Virus record (IMG/VR): IMGVR_UViG_3300025653_000181
Span: 1 to 29,831 of that record
Length of the DNA: 29,831 nt
Direction: 5' to 3' (one strand)
Source: a virus
Taxonomy: Duplodnaviria > Caudoviricetes
In this document: one piece after another, positions 18,793-26,749 of the stretch
Position numbering within the stretch: the first letter of the stretch is position 1
Layout of the letters: each line of letters begins with the position of its first letter
Program-made: the position numbers and the translations under genes
Notes under the pieces: generated by a model
What the model was told of the DNA's origin: nothing
Databases searched by the model: none
Seen by the model: the letters and a program-made list of their open reading frames with translations, nothing else

Positions 18793-20652
18793 TTAAACTT
18801 CTATAAAAGAATCTTGTTTTGTTATATTAAAAGATGAAAACAAACCTAAAGGATTTTCTGAAACAGTATTTACTAGCAAATCTGAAATTCCTGTTACTTC
18901 TATATTCAACATATCTACTGTTAAAATTTGTTGTCTGACGGAATATATGTCTGTATCATTTGGAACAGCAATCAATCTAATACTTCCATCTGTATTAGAA
19001 GTAGATGTAACAATTAATGAATTAATAATTATTTTACCACTGCTATAATCAACAGTTCCTAAATTGTTGTTTATATATATTTTTTGATCATTTAAAATGT
19101 AATATAATCTAAGATTTCCTGCACCATCATCATCAATATAAAAATTTTGAGTATATCCTTCTATAGTAAATTTTGTTGATGTTATTATAGATTCATGTCC
19201 TGTATGAGGATTAAATATAGGATTATAAAAATTAATTACATATTGTTTCTCAGCTGAAATAATAGGTGTGAAACTTTTTGACATATTAAATTTAACACTA
19301 CTAGAAGTAATAAAAGAATCTGAACTATTAATAATATTTGTTAAATTTGTATATCGTAAAAATGAATCAAATTTTTCTAAATCAGTAACTGCATAGTTTT
19401 TAATACTATTCTTTATCAATGTTGATATATCATCTGGTGTTTTGGTAGAACCAACTTCATCATATTTAAAACGAACCTTCATGAACAATGATACAATTTC
19501 TGGATCCACTATTATCTGTGATGTGGAAGCAATCGTATATGGTTTTAATAAATTGATCAATTGATTTTTTTGCGTTTCTGTCAAACTATTTGCACTGTAA
19601 GGTTTAATTGCTATATAAACTCTTCCATAATTTGGAATTTCATTATCTTCTCCACCCCAAACTTTTATAGAACTTGTATTTGTATAAATTTTAGGAATTA
19701 TTGTTTTATAATCATTTACAGTTACTGCTCTATTTTGTGTTGACAAATATAATGGAGCATATCTTTTAATCGAATCTATAGATTCTGCGACATCACCTCC
19801 CAATGCCTCACTTACAGTTGTAATGGTAATATCATTGGTGCCACTAATGTTTCCTTGGATACTAAAAATAGAAGCCTTATTAGCAGCATCTTCATTAGTA
19901 ACAATATAATCCATATTTACAATGTTACCATTTTGAATTGATGAACCAAATGTTCCATCTCCAAAAAATATTTCATATGTTTGATCTTCAACTTCATTTA
20001 AAAAATATATTTTGCTATTACTATCAATATTAGAAATTGATTTAGAAAGTATATAAGAATTTGTAGTAGTATCAGAAGAAGAATTTTGAACGGTAACTTT
20101 CAATGTTTCCGTATCAACTTTATTACTTAATATCAAAAATCTTTGTTCTGCATTTGATGTATCAACAGTATACTGAGTAGTTACAAGTGTGCCTTCATAT
20201 ATTGGAATATTTAAAAATTCTAAAACTCCCAATGTTCTTACTGCTGTATAATCTGATATTGTAACAAATGTATATTCAACTTCATCAACTGTTGTTGTAA
20301 ATAATGTTCCTTTTTCTAATACTGCTTGAGAAATATTTAAATCATTAACAACAATGTTAATATAAGCAACTGGAGATCTAGATGATCTGGGAGTATAACC
20401 TAATGTTTTTGCATGTGATATTACTGATGATCGTAAACTGGCTCGATTTAAAAAAGATTCGTTTACTGCCATATTTAAATTATATGCCAGATAATGAGTA
20501 TTGTATGCCAACAAATCCATCAAAACATTCATTCCAGAACCTTCCAAATCATAATCCGAAAATTCAGACTGTCCCTTTAAAAAAGTTTTAAAATTATTTT
20601 TAATATTGTCAAAGTCTAATTCTGTGACTTGAAGTTTTTTTGTAGTTGCCAT
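18793..20652 (-). CDS. gp6: Baseplate wedge subunit gp6
   Basis: ELDFDNIK..FK.FL..Q.EFSDYDLEGS.MNVLMDLLAYNTHY, NESFL..A.LRSSV.SHAK.LGY.PRS, YEIFFGDG, QNRAVT..DY, VWGGEDN. Confidence 0.93.
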   Translation of the reverse strand: MATTKKLQVTELDFDNIKNNFKTFLKGQSEFSDYDLEGSGMNVLMDLLAYNTHYLAYNLNMAVNESFLNRASLRSSVISHAKTLGYTPRSSRSPVAYINIVVNDLNISQAVLEKGTLFTTTVDEVEYTFVTISDYTAVRTLGVLEFLNIPIYEGTLVTTQYTVDTSNAEQRFLILSNKVDTETLKVTVQNSSSDTTTNSYILSKSISNIDSNSKIYFLNEVEDQTYEIFFGDGTFGSSIQNGNIVNMDYIVTNEDAANKASIFSIQGNISGTNDITITTVSEALGGDVAESIDSIKRYAPLYLSTQNRAVTVNDYKTIIPKIYTNTSSIKVWGGEDNEIPNYGRVYIAIKPYSANSLTETQKNQLINLLKPYTIASTSQIIVDPEIVSLFMKVRFKYDEVGSTKTPDDISTLIKNSIKNYAVTDLEKFDSFLRYTNLTNIINSSDSFITSSSVKFNMSKSFTPIISAEKQYVINFYNPIFNPHTGHESIITSTKFTIEGYTQNFYIDDDGAGNLRLYYILNDQKIYINNNLGTVDYSSGKIIINSLIVTSTSNTDGSIRLIAVPNDTDIYSVRQQILTVDMLNIEVTGISDLLVNTVSENPLGLFSSFNITKQDSFIEV

Positions 20653-20656
20653 TCTG

Positions 20657-21094
20657 TCAACTTCTTTCTAAAATAGTTTCTAAAGTTATTAATTCTGATT
20701 TATAATTGGCAATATAAAATTCTATAGTTATTTTTAATTCATTGTTATCAGAATTATCTTCCACATCTACTGATACTAAATCAACTCTTGGTTCATATAC
20801 CTTTATCGTTGCTTCTATTCTGTTTTTAATAATATCTGAAACGAATGGCGAAAAAGGCTCAAACAAAAATTCACGAATTCCAGAATAAATTTCCGGATGA
20901 AAAGGTTTATCAAATTGATTAAGAAAAACTAAATTTCTTACACTTCTTTTGATAGCTTCAACATCATATAAAATTTGAATATCTTTTTTAACAGGATGCG
21001 CAAGAAAGTTTAAATTTAAATCTTTATAAATTTTTAAACTTCTTTCAGATAAATTAGTAGATTGAGCATCTATGTAGGGATTTGAAACTGCCAT
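20657..21094 (-). CDS. gp25: Baseplate wedge subunit gp25
   Basis: YKDLNLNF..HPV..D.....DVEAIKRSVRNLV......KPF.PE..SGI...LFE...I..YEPRV. Confidence 0.92.
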   Translation of the reverse strand: MAVSNPYIDAQSTNLSERSLKIYKDLNLNFLAHPVKKDIQILYDVEAIKRSVRNLVFLNQFDKPFHPEIYSGIREFLFEPFSPFVSDIIKNRIEATIKVYEPRVDLVSVDVEDNSDNNELKITIEFYIANYKSELITLETILERS

Positions 21095-21112
21095 TTAAAA
21101 TTCTCCTACAAT

Positions 21113-21120
21113 TATTTATA
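21113..21120 (-). promoter_or_regulatory. T4 late promoter TATAAATA
   Basis: Exact consensus followed by AGGAG RBS upstream of gp25. Confidence 0.8.
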
Positions 21121-21123
21121 TCA

Positions 21124-21375
21124 TTACAACCATGTATCTAACATTGTATGTTTATTCAATTCTTCAACTTTATCTTCATAATAAAATTCTTCACCAGTTT
21201 CTCTGTCTATTTCGCCAATAATAATTCCATTAATACAACTGGCCATGAATTCTGCATTTTCATATGACATCGCACGAATCAATCCACCATAACGATTTAC
21301 ATTATAAAGGTCTTGAAATACAACTATGTATTGTGTTCTGTTATCTCTTTTTCTTATTCTTCTTTTTGTTGCCAT
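21124..21375 (-). CDS. Hypothetical protein
   Basis: 83-aa ORF abutting the PAAR stop; GGAGG in the PAAR 3' end can serve as RBS. Confidence 0.6.
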   Translation of the reverse strand: MATKRRIRKRDNRTQYIVVFQDLYNVNRYGGLIRAMSYENAEFMASCINGIIIGEIDRETGEEFYYEDKVEELNKHTMLDTWL

Positions 21376-21723
21376 TTAGCCTCCAGCAAATACGTTTCCT
21401 GATCCAGATAATATAACTGCACCACAAGCATATGTATCGCCTTGTCTTCCTATATTTTTTCCATTCGCAAAAACTGTTCCACTAAATGATGCAAGTGGAG
21501 GTGAATGTACTGCACAATCACATGGAAAAGTGTGAGGTTCTACAGCATCACCTGCTCTTACAACACCTATACTATTAGCAAACACGTTACCTGAACCTGC
21601 TAATGTTCCAACTACAATTGGATCTACATCACATGCGCAATTATCTTTTGGGTCAGCATCTCCAACTGCTGGATGAACAGTATTTACTGGTTCCGTTCCG
21701 TCTTTTCTTGCTACTGGTGGCAT
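21376..21723 (-). CDS. gp5.4: PAAR-repeat spike tip protein (T4 gp5.4-like)
   Basis: MPPVARKD, GSGNVFANSIGVVRAGD, SGTVFANGKNIGRQGD, CGAVILSGSGNVFAG; His/Cys metal ligands; next to gp5. Confidence 0.9.
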   Translation of the reverse strand: MPPVARKDGTEPVNTVHPAVGDADPKDNCACDVDPIVVGTLAGSGNVFANSIGVVRAGDAVEPHTFPCDCAVHSPPLASFSGTVFANGKNIGRQGDTYACGAVILSGSGNVFAGG

Positions 21724-21818
21724 TATTTACATTCCAATCCACAAGGATTTACTTCATCACATGTACAATTATCACCGCATTTACAATTTTTACATTTACA
21801 TTTTGGATTATTACACAT
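21723..21818 (-). CDS. Metallothionein-like Cys-rich microprotein (31 aa, 9 Cys)
   Basis: Hand translation: MCNNPKCKCKNCKCGDNCTCDEVNPCGLECK*. AAGGA RBS ~6 nt upstream, fills the gp5-PAAR gap, and its TAA overlaps the PAAR ATG (TAATG). Below the ORF-track size cutoff. Confidence 0.8.
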   Translation of the reverse strand: MCNNPKCKCKNCKCGDNCTCDEVNPCGLECK

Positions 21819-21827
21819 ATCTTTTCC

Positions 21828-23042
21828 TTAGTTTAGATTAATAATTCCTGCATCCATATCAATTTCTGGACCAGATGTTATTGTTATTTTTCCACTAGCA
21901 TTTGTTGTTTGTGTTGAATTATATGTTTCAGAAACTGCGCCACCAACTGTTTCACTTCTTGTAGAAGAAACATTTGTGGAGTGACTGCTGCTATATGTTT
22001 CTTTTACATAATCTGTAACTTCTTGTTCCATCCACCCTTTAATAATTTCCTTCTTGTTTCCATCGACTTGTATATCCCAATCACCTTTAATGTATGTCTT
22101 ACAATTTGAATCAATAGTTAAATTTACATCACCTTTGACATTTATAAAATCTGTTCCTGCAACAATTGTATAATTATTACCAACTATTCTGGTAACTGAA
22201 TTACCATCAGCATCCCATTCTTGAAAAGTGCCAGTACGATGTTTTCTATACATTCGTTCAGCATATGGTGTATCATCTATTTCAACGATATGCCCTGATT
22301 CTGATTCATACACTCGATTATATGGATATTCAGTCTGTCTTCTTTTATAAGTTGGTGTGCGATCTTCTAAAGTTTCTGGATTCTTTCCGGATGCTTCTTC
22401 TCCCCTTAAAGAAACGTCAAGTGCTTTTGGCTCATTCCAAGATGATGCAGCTGCACTTGTATTGACTGAATCTTTATATGTTCCTGAGAAATCTTCTGTT
22501 CCTGATTTTACTATTCCTTGAGATAATGCTGTAGGAACACCAAGAGTTGCAGCTGCATCTCTTTCTGCGATTTCCTCATGTGGTGTAGTTCTTCCTCTGG
22601 CTAATCGAGAGGTATCTTGTTCACCAACACGAGTTGGATATGGTCCGTAATCAGGAGTATTTTTGTATTTTCCGATCTGAGGATCAGGAGCACTAGGTGA
22701 GTTCGGATCCGAAAATCCTTTTGCAGGATTTGGTCCAGAGGAAGGATATCCTGGAATAGTGCCAATAACAACAGGCTCTTGCATGGATTGAGGATCTCGC
22801 CAGAAACCCATTACCCACATTCCAGGAGTCAAATTGTGGACTGCTCCATATGGAGCAGTTGGAGGAAGAATTACATGAGCCCATGGAAGATCATCAGTGG
22901 CTATTTTTTGAAGATCATCAGTATGATAACCTAAACATCGTACTCGAACACGACCAATTAGATCTGGATCATCTCGATCTTCAACAACACCAATCCACCA
23001 AACAAATCCATCTCGACCCATGAAATAAGAATAGTTGTCCAT
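21828..23042 (-). CDS. gp5: Baseplate hub / central spike gp5 (OB-fold + beta-helix, no evident lysozyme domain)
   Basis: FVWWIGVVEDRDDP..IGRVRVRCLGYH...LPWA, G.WVMGFWRD...QEPVVIGT, YPYNRVYESESGH..EIDDTP..ER....HRTGTF, C-terminal V.G repeats ending IINLN. Confidence 0.93.
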   Translation of the reverse strand: MDNYSYFMGRDGFVWWIGVVEDRDDPDLIGRVRVRCLGYHTDDLQKIATDDLPWAHVILPPTAPYGAVHNLTPGMWVMGFWRDPQSMQEPVVIGTIPGYPSSGPNPAKGFSDPNSPSAPDPQIGKYKNTPDYGPYPTRVGEQDTSRLARGRTTPHEEIAERDAAATLGVPTALSQGIVKSGTEDFSGTYKDSVNTSAAASSWNEPKALDVSLRGEEASGKNPETLEDRTPTYKRRQTEYPYNRVYESESGHIVEIDDTPYAERMYRKHRTGTFQEWDADGNSVTRIVGNNYTIVAGTDFINVKGDVNLTIDSNCKTYIKGDWDIQVDGNKKEIIKGWMEQEVTDYVKETYSSSHSTNVSSTRSETVGGAVSETYNSTQTTNASGKITITSGPEIDMDAGIINLN

Positions 23043-23065
23043 AAAAACTCCGACTTATGAACAAC

Positions 23066-23073
23066 TATTTATA
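23066..23073 (-). promoter_or_regulatory. T4 late promoter TATAAATA
   Basis: Exact consensus followed by GGAG RBS upstream of gp5. Confidence 0.8.
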
Positions 23074-23080
23074 TTGACTA

Positions 23081-23599
23081 TTACAAAGCAGCAACCTTTT
23101 TGAAAATGTCAAGAACATCATCAATGGTCAGCCAACCTTTAACAGTATCACCTTCATCAGTAATTCCATTAACAGAAACCATGTTTCCATCTGGTCCAAA
23201 CAATCCTATTTCGAACCTTCCCTGCTTATGTCCATATGACATGTTGTTTCGAATGACAGATACACAATATCCATTATCAAATTCCTTTTGCCTTCTGACT
23301 GTCATATTGTCTGGCAACATTTGATCTTCAGAAGTTGGTAATTCTGTTCCTAACAAATCTAGATTTTCCATAATGCGTTCATTTTTGGTGTAGTGGCTTC
23401 TTCGTTTGGAATGTTTCAAAACCCCAAATCGATTCTCCATCTCTCGCCATGCAGCGACAGGCAGATCCTCATATTCGGTTGGTGGTAGAGCTTTGTTTCG
23501 AATCCCATACTCATCATTCATCGCACGAAGTGCAGACTTGTATCGAGGATGACGAATCATCTTTTTCAGTGCTCTCGGGTCTCGGTAGGTTCTTGACAT
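23081..23599 (-). CDS. Hypothetical early protein (possibly a two-domain fusion)
   Basis: 172 aa, GGAG RBS, downstream of a sigma70 promoter; basic N-half and acidic C-half (FDNGYCVSVIR...SYG...GRFEI...VKGWLT). Confidence 0.7.
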   Translation of the reverse strand: MSRTYRDPRALKKMIRHPRYKSALRAMNDEYGIRNKALPPTEYEDLPVAAWREMENRFGVLKHSKRRSHYTKNERIMENLDLLGTELPTSEDQMLPDNMTVRRQKEFDNGYCVSVIRNNMSYGHKQGRFEIGLFGPDGNMVSVNGITDEGDTVKGWLTIDDVLDIFKKVAAL

Positions 23600-23642
23600 C
23601 GGTAGTCTCCAAAAAGTTTTGAGAACTAATGATTATGAATAT

Positions 23643-23671
23643 ATTTTATATTATAAAAATAAAAATGTCAA
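23643..23671 (-). promoter_or_regulatory. Sigma70-type early promoter TTGACA-N17-TAAAAT
   Basis: -35 at 23671-23666, -10 at 23648-23643, A-tract upstream. Confidence 0.8.
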
Positions 23672-23683
23672 GTATTTTTTGGA

Positions 23684-23770
23684 TGGTACGGGATGGAGGA
23701 GTTGAACCTCATTGGCACCGCCACTCTGTTTTGCCGCATGCTTATAAGACATGTGAATGGAACATCCCGC
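23684..23770 (-). tRNA. Atypical tRNA-Ile (anticodon UAU), D-arm absent, encoded CCA
   Basis: GCGGGATG/CATCCCGT acceptor helix + A + CCA; T-arm GAGG-TTCAACT-CCTC; anticodon arm CATGT-CTTATAA-GCATG; only 9 nt where the D arm should be; 26-nt variable region. Confidence 0.75.
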
Positions 23771-23777
23771 ATGCGTC

Positions 23778-23978
23778 TTATTGTATTATATTGCTATTGT
23801 AACCAAACTCGTATTGTTTGATTTCAATATCCATCATTCTTTCTGCAGCAAATTTTTTATTAGAAAGTGCCAGAATACTGGGCATATAGTGCGGATTACT
23901 TTTAACACCTTTAAGTGCATCTTGTTTTCCACACCAATATGGTGTTCCTTTAGTAGTCAACACATCTTCAATCTTCAT
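23778..23978 (-). CDS. Hypothetical protein
   Basis: 66-aa ORF packed directly behind 23981..24259. Confidence 0.55.
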   Translation of the reverse strand: MKIEDVLTTKGTPYWCGKQDALKGVKSNPHYMPSILALSNKKFAAERMMDIEIKQYEFGYNSNIIQ

Positions 23979-23980
23979 GA

Positions 23981-24259
23981 TTACCCTTGTCTGTTTGTTG
24001 CTCTTTCAATTTTTCTATCCAACAATTGTTGTAATAGAATGGTATGCTCATTAAATACATTCTTCATATCACCAAGAATCTTATTTGAGTCCATAAGCAA
24101 TTCTCTCAATGCTTTATCAGATTCTGTGTCTTTATCCATCCATAGTTTTCTTTCTACTTCATGTCTCTCCGTCAAAAACTTAATATACCAAAAACATGCG
24201 ATTAGTGCTGCTAGTGTACCACCAACGTCCACTAGAGATTGAATCATTTCAGTATCCAT
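23981..24259 (-). CDS. Small membrane protein, BhlA/UviB holin-like architecture
   Basis: N-terminal hydrophobic helix (VGGTLAALIACFWYIKFL) followed by a charged coiled coil; AAGGAG RBS. The holin assignment is by architecture only. Confidence 0.55.
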   Translation of the reverse strand: MDTEMIQSLVDVGGTLAALIACFWYIKFLTERHEVERKLWMDKDTESDKALRELLMDSNKILGDMKNVFNEHTILLQQLLDRKIERATNRQG

Positions 24260-24279
24260 TTAATGGGTACTCCTTTATT

Positions 24280-24651
24280 TTACCTTCGCATAGTTGCTAG
24301 GTCTTTTGCTACAGTATTATTTATAACAGGAACAAGATTGGATTTATGCATCACACCAATTCCTGTTATCAAATCACCTGTATATTCTCTTTTTGGTTTC
24401 GTTTTCGTTTCAATTGAAACTTTTCCCAATGAATTCATAGAAGATACCTGTTGTTCCTTTTTTCGGAACACAGGCTCTTCTACGATAGAAACATTTCTAG
24501 TTTTTGAAGAAACAACCTTTCCATAACGATATGCTATGAACTCATCAAATGATTTCTGAAGAAAATGACAATGAAGCTGTCGCATTTCTTTATTATATTT
24601 CTTGTGCTCAATTCTCAATTTGTCAAGATCTTTTTGTGAAAACTTTTTCAT
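24280..24651 (-). CDS. Conserved T4-like hypothetical protein
   Basis: C-terminal YTGDLITGIGVMHKSNLVPVI....AKDLATMRR motif recognisable from T4-like phages. Confidence 0.75.
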   Translation of the reverse strand: MKKFSQKDLDKLRIEHKKYNKEMRQLHCHFLQKSFDEFIAYRYGKVVSSKTRNVSIVEEPVFRKKEQQVSSMNSLGKVSIETKTKPKREYTGDLITGIGVMHKSNLVPVINNTVAKDLATMRR

Positions 24652-24668
24652 AATATAACTCTCACTAT

Positions 24669-24869
24669 TCAGGTTCGTTGCAAAGAATACCTATCATTAA
24701 TATCTACAATCTCTCCAACACGCATGTTTCTAACTTCTGGTTTTACTTCGTCATCATATCGATATATTTTACCAACATAATAATTCTCATGACTATGATC
24801 AATCAACCAATACTGTTTACGAATTCTACCATTGATATCATCAATAGATCCTACTGCTGCTGGCATCAT
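24669..24869 (-). CDS. Hypothetical protein
   Basis: 66 aa, GGAG RBS, co-oriented with neighbours. Confidence 0.6.
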   Translation of the reverse strand: MMPAAVGSIDDINGRIRKQYWLIDHSHENYYVGKIYRYDDEVKPEVRNMRVGEIVDINDRYSLQRT

Positions 24870-24902
24870 CGGACAACTCCAAGAAAAAAAGTTAAGAAAG
24901 AA

Positions 24903-25088
24903 CTAGAAACTCATATTTAGAGTACCCTTCAAACGTGACATTTCAAGAGTCTTGTCAATCTTCTCTGCAAACAGATTCTCATATGCATTCCAATCATAAC
25001 GATTCCTTGCCCTTTCTAGTCGCATGTTTAGAGTTTGAATCTGCTCTTGCAATTCCTTGACTTTTTTAATAGTGATATCTTGACTCAT
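24903..25088 (-). CDS. Hypothetical coiled-coil protein
   Basis: 61 aa, ATGA overlap with the upstream ORF. Confidence 0.6.
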   Translation of the reverse strand: MSQDITIKKVKELQEQIQTLNMRLERARNRYDWNAYENLFAEKIDKTLEMSRLKGTLNMSF

Positions 25089-25273
25089 TTTAGAAATCCT
25101 AATGGAATGAATTGTTTTTTCTCGATTTTGCCATACTGAATGACAAACCGATCAAGTCCGGAGAGATCATCTATTTCGATAATTTTGGCAGGAAACCCAA
25201 TCTTGGGTTTGATTTGATTAGCTTCATATTCGGTGAGGATGGAGGCAGAACGAGGCAAGTCTTCCAGAATCAT
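25085..25273 (-). CDS. Hypothetical early protein
   Basis: 62 aa, AGGAG RBS, first gene after a consensus sigma70 promoter. Confidence 0.65.
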   Translation of the reverse strand: MILEDLPRSASILTEYEANQIKPKIGFPAKIIEIDDLSGLDRFVIQYGKIEKKQFIPLGFLK

Positions 25274-25313
25274 AATGAACTCCTGAGGGAGAGTGATTAA
25301 TGAAGAAAAATAT

Positions 25314-25342
25314 ATTATACTAAATTTATTCTAAAATGTCAA
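25314..25342 (-). promoter_or_regulatory. Perfect sigma70 consensus early promoter TTGACA-N17-TATAAT
   Basis: -35 at 25342-25337, -10 at 25319-25314. Confidence 0.88.
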
Positions 25343-25350
25343 GTAAAAAA

Positions 25351-25689
25351 TTAATCCCATTTGACTGGAGTCCAGCCCATTTCTTCTAGAACCAAAACAA
25401 TGTGTGGTGTAAGCACACCTTCTTGTACATATCCTTCTCCGTTGTCTATTGCATCCACGATTCCGCTGCAATACCAATCTAGATAATCACCTTCTTCTCG
25501 AATCTTGGAAATAATCTCTCCTGCATAGCGCCATGAACAACTCCAGAGTTTCTCCAAATTCTCTTCCTCTTTATGCTTCCATCTCATGTTACAGAGTGCT
25601 GCATAAAGATTCTGAGCAAACACATGATCATGTTTGGCATGATCACAGAGTGTTACATTACGATACAAGTCCATCTCTAAACTACGCAT
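25351..25689 (-). CDS. Conserved phage hypothetical protein
   Basis: FAQNLYAALCN..W, WSCSWRYAG.II..IR..GDYLDWYCSG, V.EG motifs. Confidence 0.7.
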   Translation of the reverse strand: MRSLEMDLYRNVTLCDHAKHDHVFAQNLYAALCNMRWKHKEEENLEKLWSCSWRYAGEIISKIREEGDYLDWYCSGIVDAIDNGEGYVQEGVLTPHIVLVLEEMGWTPVKWD

Positions 25690-25691
25690 TT

Positions 25692-26741
25692 TTATTTCTT
25701 GAATCCTTCTAGGAAATTAGGAAGAAGTCGGTATGCCATGTCACCAGAAATAAACTCAACAGGAAATGGGAATCCAGCTTTCTTCTGAACTTCATCCCAA
25801 CTTGGTTCTTCGAAACCATCCTCAAATCGATCCTCATCAGGAATCTTGGCAAACCAATTCACAAACTCGTCATAGTATTCATCATCAACATATACCTTGA
25901 CAATTTCAAAATTACCCATCACCAATTCGTCATACTCATCTGCAACAAAGTTCCAGCTTTTACTCTGTTTCTTAGCCCAGTTGATATACATGCTGGCAAA
26001 TACTTTGCTGTGCTTCTTGAGAATCTTCTCAGTTCCATCAATATACTTCTTGATAAAATCACGCTTGACATTTGGTGGCACATTTGGTGTATCAATTGCT
26101 CGATCAACATATGATTCTACAGGAATGCTTTTCTTGCCAACAGCCAACAACTTCTTGGTGAGACTGTTTCGAAACTTCTTGAGATCCTCCCACATGCTCT
26201 TGTATTCAGGACTTCGCATGACTCCTTTATAGTCATAGCTATGTGCCAGTTCGGTATCTGGTCCAAGATCAACCAGTCTTCGTCCCTGCTTGTCAACAAT
26301 GCTCATGATGTCCATGCTTGCCCCTGCATAGACATTTCCTCGGAGAATCGAATAGACTCCTCCACCTCCCCAGACTCCAGAAGCCAATCGTCCTTCCTCG
26401 TCTGTTGTATAAACAGATATCTGTTTGGCTTTCTTCTTCTGTATCTTTATCAGCTTCTCAAGATTCTCAGCACTGCTTGCATGAATCCCATAGGTGACTA
26501 CAGACCCAACAACTCGTTCAATCATCGATGGAACCAATGATAGTTGGTATCTTCGATCCTCGTCTGGAATCAGATACCTATAGTTGATGACCTCCGGATT
26601 AGTTCTCTCTGCCTTCAGAATTGCTCGAGTCAACAGCTGTTCATTCTTGATCTGACTATACTCTAGTGTAAAGAGATGATCAAACAGACTTTTTGTCCAT
26701 TGAACTTCTTCTTTGATTAAAAAAGATTTAAAAGTTTCCAT
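25692..26741 (-). CDS. Hypothetical protein, candidate internal head protein
   Basis: 349 aa; N-terminus METFKSFLIKEE resembles T4-type capsid-targeting leaders; CTAAATA immediately upstream (26747-26753). Confidence 0.65.
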   Translation of the reverse strand: METFKSFLIKEEVQWTKSLFDHLFTLEYSQIKNEQLLTRAILKAERTNPEVINYRYLIPDEDRRYQLSLVPSMIERVVGSVVTYGIHASSAENLEKLIKIQKKKAKQISVYTTDEEGRLASGVWGGGGVYSILRGNVYAGASMDIMSIVDKQGRRLVDLGPDTELAHSYDYKGVMRSPEYKSMWEDLKKFRNSLTKKLLAVGKKSIPVESYVDRAIDTPNVPPNVKRDFIKKYIDGTEKILKKHSKVFASMYINWAKKQSKSWNFVADEYDELVMGNFEIVKVYVDDEYYDEFVNWFAKIPDEDRFEDGFEEPSWDEVQKKAGFPFPVEFISGDMAYRLLPNFLEGFKK

Positions 26742-26749
26742 ACATTTAT

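Noticed and set aside
23757-24920. Plus-strand ORFs 23757..24242, 24239..24526 and 24678..24920
   Set aside because: Antisense to a tightly packed minus-strand series that has RBSs and a consensus promoter.
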